Source of the DNA: Trichosphaerium sp. ATCC 40318
Taxonomy: Eukaryota > Protista > Tubulinea
Assembly: GCA_038496445.1 (NCBI GenBank)
Contig: JALMLS010000220.1
Location: 1 to 64,000, forward strand
Direction of reading: 5' to 3'
Length of the DNA stretch: 64,000 nucleotides
The translations under genes and the position numbers were made by a program. Shown in pieces: positions 48,374-64,000 of this stretch. The notes beneath the pieces were generated by a model that had not been told where the DNA came from, did no database searches, and saw nothing but the letters and a program-made list of their open reading frames with translations. Each line of letters begins with the position of its first letter. Position 1 is the first letter of the stretch.

Positions 48374-51023
48374 ATGAGTCGGTTAATTGCTGCCCGAGCG
48401 GCAATGAAACTTAAAGTGCGTGCTAGATCAGCCCACAAGTCAAACACAGCTCCAAAGGAAAGTATTTGGAGCTTAAAAAATCAACGCAATTTTCTTGACA
48501 CTGTAATTGCACCAAAACTCTCTGTAAACACCTTAGACGATTGGTATAACACAACAAGAGATGATATATACTTTGAAGGAGGTAGCGCGCTTCTAAATAG
48601 GTGACTGCACAGATTTTTTTCAATAGTTTTGTTTTAGATTTTATTTGAATATGTCTGATTTGTTTTCTTGAGATTTTATGCCGACAGCCTTATCAAATGT
48701 CTCTCAACGATATACCCGGAACAAGAGTGGATGCCTTGGCGCTTTGCGTATGTCTTTTGGTTGCATTAAAGCCCTTCACTCTGATTTATTTATCCAAAAC
48801 CACCTGAAAAAACTTGTTTTTGGAATAATAATTTTGCTTTAGGAACATATCCAAGTCCAATCTTTGGTCGTTAGAGAATCAGATACGATTTTTTGATATG
48901 GATCTTGGGCCGGAATTAGATATACATACAATGGATGATTGGTATGATATCACGTGCGAAGATGTCCGCCTGAGACGTGGTGGCGGTCTATTAAATAAGT
49001 ACGCCACTAATATCTTCTGCTATCTCTTCTGTGCGTTGTTAACTCATTTAAAAGGTTCTATGGAGGGTCTATTTCAAAGGCTTTACAAGTTGTATATCCA
49101 AGAACATATTGGATGCTGTGGAGGTTTAAATTTGCACCAAGAAGTCATTGGGATAGCTTAAAGAATCAAAGACAATGGTGTGAAGATATTGCTGTGCTTC
49201 TAGAGTTTGATAATTTCGAAACATGGTATAAATTCGCTAAATTTGATATCGAGGCAATGGGCGGTAAGGGCATCATAGCAAGGTACAATGAGAAAACGAG
49301 TGTAAATCTTATTTTCAGTGAATCAATGGTCAACGTTTGTTGGAGCTATTTTTATTTTCCGGCTAATCACAGTACCCCTTATCCTGCTTTTTTGGCCGGT
49401 TGTTGTGATTTATGTTTTATACTATAAAACAAGTTCTCTTAGCTCAATCGGTCAGAGCATCTGTCTAATACACAGAAGGTTGTGAGTTCAAGTCTCATAG
49501 GGAACATTAAATTTTTCTTTTAATTTTGCATACTTCTCACTCTATGTAAGGTATTCTGACTCTGTATCAACGATGTTGCGTACAATATATCCTGAATATA
49601 ATTGGAAACTATGGAAATTCAAGTACGAAAGCAGGACAGGAATGAGTGGCGTAAAGCAACTTTTATCAAACCTTCCTTTGTTTTTTTGTTTGAAACTTGA
49701 TTATTTATCTTAACGTATTCACTAGGTATGTCCCTTATGGGTACTGGAAGAATAAAAAGAATGTTATTAATTTCCTACGTGGTAAGTATCTTTTCTTTGT
49801 AGTTTATGAATGACCCTCTTTCAGACAACGAGGCCAGACTTGGGATCACTGAACCTTCTCAGTGGTATAATGTTACACAATCTGAGATTTTTAGTACTGG
49901 CAAATCTAGAAAACTAGCATCCTCGTTCCAATCATACTTACCTTCTCTACATCCTGAATTTTCATGGGACGAGTCCAAGTTTAGACGAGTATACCAACGT
50001 CGCCCACAGTACGAAAAAAACAAGAAACCTGAACACATTTCTGAAAGTTTTTTTAAAGGCACACCAGTGGGTATTGGACGGACGAAAACAATGTAAAATC
50101 TTATTTTAAGGGTACTTTAGTTAACTATAGACACTTTTAACTCAATTTCGTTTTATAGAAATATCAAAGAAGCTTCATATTTCAACACCAAGTGATTGGT
50201 ATAGAGTATCTGCTATTCAATTAAGAAAATATGGTGGTGCAGCTCTTGTAGGTCAAAATTATTTACGCGCATTGAGTATGGCATATCCAGGGTATAAATG
50301 GGATAGATCGCTACTTCGAAATTCTGATAAGCGTGCCGTGCAGAGGTACGATTTATTCAAATAAGAAAAAATCAAGAAAATACATACAGCTTTAGCTAAC
50401 CTTCTTTTCCAAGACTACTTGGTTCCTGCCTTTCTAAATTGCTTAAAAATTATCGAATATCTGAAGAGTTTGATTTAAGTAAATTAGTAAGTGTTAGAGT
50501 ACCAATAATTGTCGACTTCTTCATTCCAAAGCTGCACTTAGCTATTGAATATCAAGGTACTTTTGAAATTAAAATTTTGCTTTTGGTTTTTTGGTCCTTA
50601 TCAAAGGTTCAGGTGAGCATCACTATTATGATTCTGGGATGTATGGTCCTAGTAAATCACAAAAAACGCGTGACAAACAAAAAAAGGGATTATGTAACAG
50701 TGCAGGTATGTTAACAAGTGTAGAGTATAATACAAAACAGCCGTTGAATGAAAGTCAAACTGCTCCCTCTAGTTAACTTTTTTTCTAGGAATAACACTTA
50801 TACCAGTACCACATTGGTGGGATAATAACATTAAAAGCCTAGCTGCTACTATAACTCACTACAGGTAACGTCACTTTTTGTTTCAACTCAAGCAAAAAAA
50901 AAAAAGCAAGACATAAAGGTTGTTTGTAATCTAAGTAATAGGCCGGATATTATCCTAAATGATGCTAATGGTGCAGCACCAGTACTTGAAGGTAGTTTTA
51001 TATCACCTGTATTATTGCAGTGA
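48374..51023 (+). CDS. Five ~70-aa Trp-rich repeats plus C-terminal PD-(D/E)xK (Vsr/RAP-like) nuclease domain
   Basis: Repeat consensus W.S..NQ..F...I...L.I....DWY.VT...I...GG..LL..Y..S....L...YP...W..WRF. C-terminus IVDFFIPKLHLAIEYQ|GEHHYY...RDKQKKGLCNSA|GITLIPVPHWWD. Confidence 0.8.
49433..49506 (+). tRNA. trnI: tRNA-Ile (anticodon AAT), intronic
   Basis: Cloverleaf GTTCTCT-TA-GCTC AATCGGTCA GAGC-A-TCTGT CT AAT AC ACAGA-AGGTT-GTGAG TTCAAGT CTCAT-AGGGAAC-A. A and B boxes intact, and a T-run terminator follows a few nt downstream. Confidence 0.95.
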
Positions 51024-51114
51024 GTGTGCAAACAAATAAACATGCACTGCGCAAGCTGTCAAAGCCTTCAATCATTGATTTTAATTAAGAGCAGTTTTAC
51101 TCTTACCAAACCAA

Positions 51115-51791
51115 CTAAGACTTGACCATTATGCCAAATCGGCATTCATGTGGTTTTGAAAGCAAAAATATGCCAGTAAGGTCATTTACGGGTGTTCTGG
51201 AACATGGCCAGTCACGTGATTTTTTCTGTAATCAAAACGCAGTTGAATAGTTGTGCAGAGCAAACACTGTGATTCAAGAGCATATCCATTCTCCCTCATA
51301 GCCTTGCTTTATTGGTGATACAGTCAGTGTGTAGTAGGTGGATACGTGCTGATTGTGAGCGGTGGAAGCAACTCTATGCCAGGTTTCACAACTATCGATG
51401 TACCATTTGGTTGTAGTTTAAATGAAATAGAGTCTGGAGTTGGAACATAGTAATCATCCTTAAAAGTGTGATACATACAACTGCCTTTGGTGCTTAATGC
51501 AGGGAATGTAATATCGTTGTCATTGAGAGCATACTGTGATAATTAAATTACCTTTTAATGTGTTAAACCGCTACTCACCTCAAAGCCACTGCATTTATCT
51601 GTAGGATGGAATGAACCAAGTATTAGGAAGCTATCTACTACATTAGATGTGTTTGAGAACGTCATCTGTATTGTATAGAAAGTGCTAGAGCCATAAAACG
51701 TTAAACCGCTTAGTGGAGACGTTTTTGAGTAGCCTTCTACGACAACGAAGAGAAGGGCGATAATTACAAATGTAGTGGTTTGTAGTTGCAT
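51115..51791 (-). CDS. Secreted hypothetical protein (3' end approximate)
   Basis: Signal peptide MQLQTTTFVIIALLFVVVEG, with further GT-AG-bounded exons. Confidence 0.55.
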
Positions 51792-52360
51792 GTTTTAGAA
51801 GGTTGTAGTCAAGAAATTGGTTATCAAACGAGACTTAACCAACGAATTCGTTCTGGCAATGTGCCAGAAATGTCTTTTTGTCTCACAGTTCCAAACTGTA
51901 TTGTGTACAATACTCTAAAGTACGCTGCACGCTAACTACATGGCATTGGAGATTGAGAACGTGTAGTTAAATAGTTTCTTTTTTGAACAACTTCTATAAA
52001 AATTTAGTCGACGTTTCTCGCTTCTGATTGGTCAGATGACCGGTTGAAATCATCAAAGTAAAACGTAAATTATGACAAGTCCTTTACGAATTATTGCGAG
52101 TGAAAAAGACTGGAAAGTACTTTAGGTCGGGTTTTGCAATGCTTTATTTCTGTGTTCAGTATTGCCCAGTTGTTTTAAGTGTAACTTAACCAGCTATGTA
52201 TTAGAATACTGTTTCGTCTAGTAATTATGAATCTGAAGTAAACGGCACGTTGGTTTTACACTTGATAATTTAAAAAAAGCATGTTTTATTCTCAGAGGTT
52301 ATTTTTTGTTTGTACATATTTTTGGTTTTTTTTTGATCTTAATGCTTGTATGCGAATTTA

Positions 52361-57877
<5,517 letters not shown>

Positions 57878-57977
57878 GCAACCAATAAAGCTTTACAAAA
57901 TCATTAAATCGGGCGTAGGGCTAAGTTTGCTTAATTGAATCAATTTTAAAGACTTAATATCTAACCGAAATCAGCTA
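57878..57977. promoter_or_regulatory. Putative bidirectional promoter between BLM and NELFA
   Basis: Divergent ATGs are only 100 bp apart, and a CCAAT-like sequence (accaat) lies at ~57880. Confidence 0.55.
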
Positions 57978-60559
57978 ATGGCTCAGAACAAGTCTATTGA
58001 CATCAGTCTATGGCTACAGAACAAATTTGGGAAACAATGGTCCAGCGGAAACCTCGCTTCTCACATAGTACCAGACATTCTACATGAGGCAACGCAGAAG
58101 TTTTCCTCAATTGATAGCGCTTTAAAATTACGCCTGTTATTCACGTTTTTAAACCTCCGAAAGTACCAAGAGAAAGAATTGGCTGATACCAAACGAGCTG
58201 CTTTACAAATCGCCAGTAGTGATGACGACGAATGGGTTAGGGTTATTGCACAATTGCTTCTTGGTGATGGTAAAACAAAACAAATCATTCTACAATCTAT
58301 CAAGGATAATACGAACTTTACCGACTTGTACGGTGAATTAGAATCAAAAGGTACAAATAACGGCTCTTTGTTAACAATTTTTAATTATGTTGCCTGCTAA
58401 ATTCGTTCTTTGCTTTACTACGCTTTATAAGCACGGTTACAGCTCATTTTAGTATTTTACGAACTTTTCAACCTTAAATCGATCTAATACGTGCCCAGTC
58501 GCCGAATGTAAGCCGCACTACGCGCCTCTAGAGTATGCTTATTTACATACAAAAGCCATGCCCGCAAATGCATATAAACCAGCAAAGAACGTACACTTTA
58601 AGGTCAAGAAGCCAAGCAAGAAACCGGCTATACTTTCTCAGCTTGACACGTCCATTCTACCACTACAACCAGTACTGGCGAGTAAAAGGTCATTAAGCAC
58701 AAGCAGGGAAGACGAAATAGCCAGCAAGCTGTTCATAAAGGTAGCAACCGCCGATAACGGTCTAGAATTTACGGAATCTCATGTTTGTTTAGGAAAAGAA
58801 AAAGCCCTCTTTCTTGCGATCTAGCAGGGACGCTTCAAATATGTTTACGAAATACCGCTCCTCGCCAAATCGTTTTTCGGATTCACCTAGATTTCCAAAA
58901 AAGAATAGATCTATGCAAACAATGGACTTGAAGGACGAACTACGACGTGCTAACGAAGAGAAAGAAAAACGAGAATTAAAAGGTAACAGTGCAAGCTTTT
59001 ATTGCCTCAAGACCTTGAGATTTGACTGTATGCGTTAGAAAAACAAGAGCAAGAAGCGAGAGATGAGAAGAAGCGCGCAAGAGAGGAGAAGAAGCGAAAA
59101 CGGCAGCAAGAGCAACAAAAGTTAAAAGAAGAGAAAGCCAAAAAACAAAAGACACAGGTGCGTGTTTTTTCCTCGAAACAATACGCTGCTATGTATTCAA
59201 TGCGTATTTACGTCTCAATCACAGGCTATGGCACAAGCACAACGGCAACAGCAACAGCAAGCTCAAATGCGTCAACACCCAATGTTTCAAACAAGCAACC
59301 AAGGTATATTCTAGTAGAAAACAAAGCCTTGTGAGAGAAACATTCACTTTATTAACCTTGTTGTAGGCATGTCTCTTCAGTCACCTTTTGGTATGAATCA
59401 ACAACGACAAACAAGCTTTATGCAAACAAACAGTTCGTGGTTTTGCGTTACATTTAAAACTTGATTGAGGACTACTAACGCTGTTCTGTTTAGATATGGC
59501 AAAGCCTCTATCTGGTTTAAATATGCAGTCTCCGTTCCAACGGCATTCTTCATTGGTACGACCTCTAGGCGTACCTATAGGACAAACAAAGCCATTAATG
59601 CCAAATAATACACCACAGCCCATTGGGCTTGGTTTAAATACTGCAACAGCGAAGCAACCTCTTGCTGGTACAGTTTATCTCCGTTTTGCGCAGTTTTCAC
59701 TGATTTGTTTACTAGGTGCTTTCTTGGGTTCTCCTCTACAGATGAGAAAACCACCTCAACAATTCTCTTATCATCCGTTGGGTATGAAGCAAGCAATGCC
59801 TAATCAAGTCCGTACACAGCAAGCAATGCCAAGAGCTTTTGGACAACTACGCGCACCTACACCAACTCCAGCAGCACCAAAGCAAGCTATGGAGCCTACT
59901 GATCCTTCTAAAATATTAATTGATGCTGCTTACTTGCCAGACTATCAAAAAGCTAAGATCAGACAGTTCTTACTTGGAGACAGGAGTACGTACAACAAAA
60001 AACCGTTTTGGGCCTTTTGGAAACAACTCTACAAAAACCAGAAGAAAACACATTATCCGTGCAGTTAATACACACGGGTTTTTAAGTCCGTAATTCCTTA
60101 CTAACTTGTTCATTAGGCGTTAATCCTAACCCTAACAACGAAAAAACACATACATATTTATTTGACAGTCGTTACGTCTTTGATGGTTCTTGTTGGTTTT
60201 ACGAGCAGATTTGCTTCGAAATCGATTTTGTAGACGGACAATGGAAGAAAATACGTCGAAGACGTACAATACCACCAGCGCAAACAGCTCAATTCCAACT
60301 CCCTCCAAACGCTGTTAAGGGACAGATTAAGCCTATCCCTAAAGCATCTCTTGCAGGTGCTTCTCAACCTAATCAAGCGCTAGCGAATTTAGGCCAACCC
60401 GCTGCTACACCTCAACAGCATATTCCTCAGCAACGTATTCCTCAACAACATGTACTTCAACCTCTAGGAAAACCTAGTAATCAAATACATACACCGCAAC
60501 GATTAGGACCTGCTCTTGGTAAGCCTGTTTTTGCTAGTAACCCTACAAAAACAACTTGA
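57978..60559 (+). CDS. NELFA: Negative elongation factor subunit A
   Basis: DISLWLQNKFG..WS...LASHI...LKLRLLF...QIASSDDDEWVRVIAQLL, PLEYAYL...HFKVKKPSK and C-terminal QKAKIRQFLLGDR.NPNP...FEIDFVDGQWKK match the conserved NELF-A blocks. Confidence 0.85.
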
Positions 60560-60994
60560 GAAAAAACAGTAAAAAAAAAAGATGAAAGACATTAAAATGT
60601 ATTATACACATCCCCACGCTTGTGTTTATTTCAAATTGTTTCATGTTAGGAAAGTCTCATTGTTTATTACACAAAAACGTAGTCATAACGCTAGCTTGCG
60701 GTAGACTACATATAGGAGCGTTGATGATGTACTGTCGGAGTAATACAGCTATTCGATAACTTCACGTGAATCGTTTTTTACCTTTTTCCTCAAAGACATC
60801 TAACTGCCCAAATCACGTGATTATATTTTTTATACTAATACTCATTCATGTTGTCTAATAACGCGAGTTTACCACCTCCGCTTTTTTTTGTTCTGAACAA
60901 CACAAGCTCCGAGACTTAACTGTACGATAAGAAATCCGACGTTATTTATCGTTATTTTTTAATTCTTTATTGATATTAGACACACTACAATCAA

Positions 60995-61950
<956 letters not shown>

Positions 61951-62261
61951 AAAAAAAAACTACATAGCAAACAAATTGTAAAACAAAAACAAAAAGAAAC
62001 GTGTAAGCTTAATTAAAAAAAACAAATAATAAAAGGAGAAAACCAAAAAAAAAAAAAAGGCGTATCACTAAGTGGCGTATCTAGATGGTTCCCAAAAAAA
62101 ACCCCTAGGCGGCTCTACTCTTAACGCGGTAAAATTGGTAAAGAATGCGGTTTTTGGTGCTCCACACAACATACAAATAGACTTTCAGTGAATTTGGTTA
62201 TTTTTACGTTGCCAAAGTCAAATTCGAACGTTTAAACAATCCGCAACAGCTATAGGGAATA

Positions 62262-62949
62262 ATGACTGAGGTTTGTAAAGTAGTTATCTTAGGAGATGGT
62301 GGCATTGGTAAATCGGCGTTAATGGTGAGATACGTTTATAACGAGTTTGTACTCAACTACGACCCTACCTTGGAGTATGACGATGCTAAAGAAACGGAAA
62401 TTGATGGTAACAATACAAAAATAGAGATAATTGACACAGCAGGCCGCGAAGAGTTCTCAGCATTCTTCAACCAGGTAGTACACAGCTATCAATAGTACAG
62501 CTGGGTTTTTAACATACTTGTTAGCTCTATAGAGAGGGAGACTGTTTTTTATTACTTTATTCAATCGATAACAAACAAAGTTTTGAAGCGGTAGATGATT
62601 ACGTACATAAGGTTCTACGGTACATCTACAAAGACTTTTTTTTGATCAACTCTGCAAACAGTTGCTGACTCAAAAACATAGAGCCAGAGATCCTGAGAAT
62701 GAGGAAGAGTTATTCCCAATGGTATTGGTTGGAACTAAAAGTGATTTGATTAATATAAGACAAGTATCAGAACAGCAAGGAAAGGATAAGGCTAAAGAAT
62801 ATAATATTCCTTTCTTTGAGACATCATCAAAGGAAGGTGTTAATGTAATAAGTACTTTTGAAGAAGCAGTTAGAGAAACAAGACGTTATCATACAAAGAC
62901 GACAGAACCTCAAACTAACAAGAAATCAACAAGGTGTTTGATCATGTAA
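62262..62949 (+). CDS. Ras-family small GTPase with CAAX (CLIM)
   Basis: GDGGIGKSA, YDPTLE, DTAGREEF, LVGTKSDL, FETSSK and C-terminal CLIM*. Confidence 0.92.
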
Positions 62950-63169
62950 ATATCCTTTGAATAACTCCACAAGTACTTCACAGGTATCCTGACATGTATC
63001 TATTGTTGTAAGTGTACTACCAGGCCGCTGGTTTACAGTACTTTGTTGGAATAATAACTGTTATTAATTCTTGTAATCTTTGGCTAAGTGAGCCGTCCTT
63101 GTATAATAAACCTACTTCAACTAATTAAAAGGAATTCTTTCACTCATTTTTTTTCTTTTTTTTTTCTCA

Positions 63170-64000
63170 TTAAGCATGCTCAAATAGAGGTGTCTCATCA
63201 TCTGCTATGTTTAGATTATGTTTCCACATGGACATAGCAGATGTTACATATGATATAGCATCACTTTTATCAAGTTGATGTTCACATAAAGATAGTTCTC
63301 TTCTTATAAGTGATGATGCTTTATCTTCATATCCACTTTGTACCAAAAAACCATGATAAGAAAAAACAACATCAACACGCATAGATTGTGATGCGCCATA
63401 GTTTTCTTCAGCCATAGTCATCGCTTTCTCATATGATTCCATTGCTTCTTTTAATTGATTTTCACATCTCTTAATGTCATTGTCATCTTTAAAAACGTAC
63501 CAAAGTTGTTTATGAAGAACTGCTTTTGATAAGTGAACAAAAAGTGTCTTTTTTATCCCAGTTACATGAGGAATCAAAAACTTTTTAATCACGTGTAATC
63601 CATCCAATACAATGTATTCTATTTCTTCTCTACAACTCTTTGACAGCTTATTTAATACTCTCAGCTTATCCACACGCTTTGGGTCGCTTCAAAAAGAGGT
63701 TAAAAAGAGTCCGAAAAAGTCAAAAAAAAAAGCTTGTACTTTGGTTCTATGTCCTGTAAATGGCTTTTATATACTCTTAACGCACAATTTTGATTACTGA
63801 GAGCATGTAAATAACCTGTAAGCCCGTTTTGTAAGTTCTCGTATGTAATATTCTTCGTTTTTTGTTCTATTAGAAGCTCCTTTATGTATGCGATCATTTG
63901 GGGGTAATCATCAGCCTAACGGTTTGTATTAGCTGAAAACGGTAATGCGTAATAGCTTTGACGCACGGAATGAGCTGCTTTGGCTAATGAGACCAAAGCG
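63170..64000 (-). CDS. Divergent 14-3-3-like protein (5' end outside or at window edge)
   Basis: LAKAAH...YPQMIAYIKEL, CREEIEYIVLDGLHVIKKFLIP, AMESYEKAMTMAEE...SMRVDVVFSYHGF and MSMWKHNLNI follow the 14-3-3 helix pattern. Confidence 0.7.

Noticed and set aside
62059-62082. Short direct repeat GGCGTATC x2 upstream of the Ras gene
   Set aside because: Too short and unique to support a regulatory or mobile-element call.

Overview
Gene-dense, AT-rich (roughly 35% GC by eye), intron-rich eukaryotic nuclear DNA read with the standard genetic code. It is most plausibly from an amoebozoan-type protist, which I infer from gene content (NELF-A, a CHD remodeler with FYR domains, W-rich repeat/nuclease family). 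Most ORF-track entries are exon fragments or antisense noise. About 30 genes can be rebuilt through short GT-AG introns. They include the 3' end of AP-2 alpha adaptin, a PB1-TPR-UBA protein, VIT1, a KCTD9-like BTB/pentapeptide protein, CHD-FYR, CRAL-TRIO, DnaJ, LTA4H, a STE20-type pseudokinase, a GT61 glycosyltransferase, a DOMON-monooxygenase pseudoenzyme, TRAPPC1, a TIMP-like protein, BLM/RecQ, NELF-A, Arf, Ras and a divergent 14-3-3. Four things stand out. (1) The palindrome CACGTG occurs about 54 times by manual count versus about 6 expected, spread through introns, intergenic DNA and exons, with hints of ~3-kb cluster spacing. (2) An apparently intact, very compact 2,056-bp Kolobok-type DNA transposon has TTAA target duplications. 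(3) One gene encodes five ~70-aa Trp-rich repeats fused to a PD-(D/E)xK/Vsr-RAP-like nuclease and carries a tRNA-Ile gene inside an intron. (4) Several enzyme homologues have lost their catalytic residues. Exon boundaries were derived by hand and are approximate where stated.
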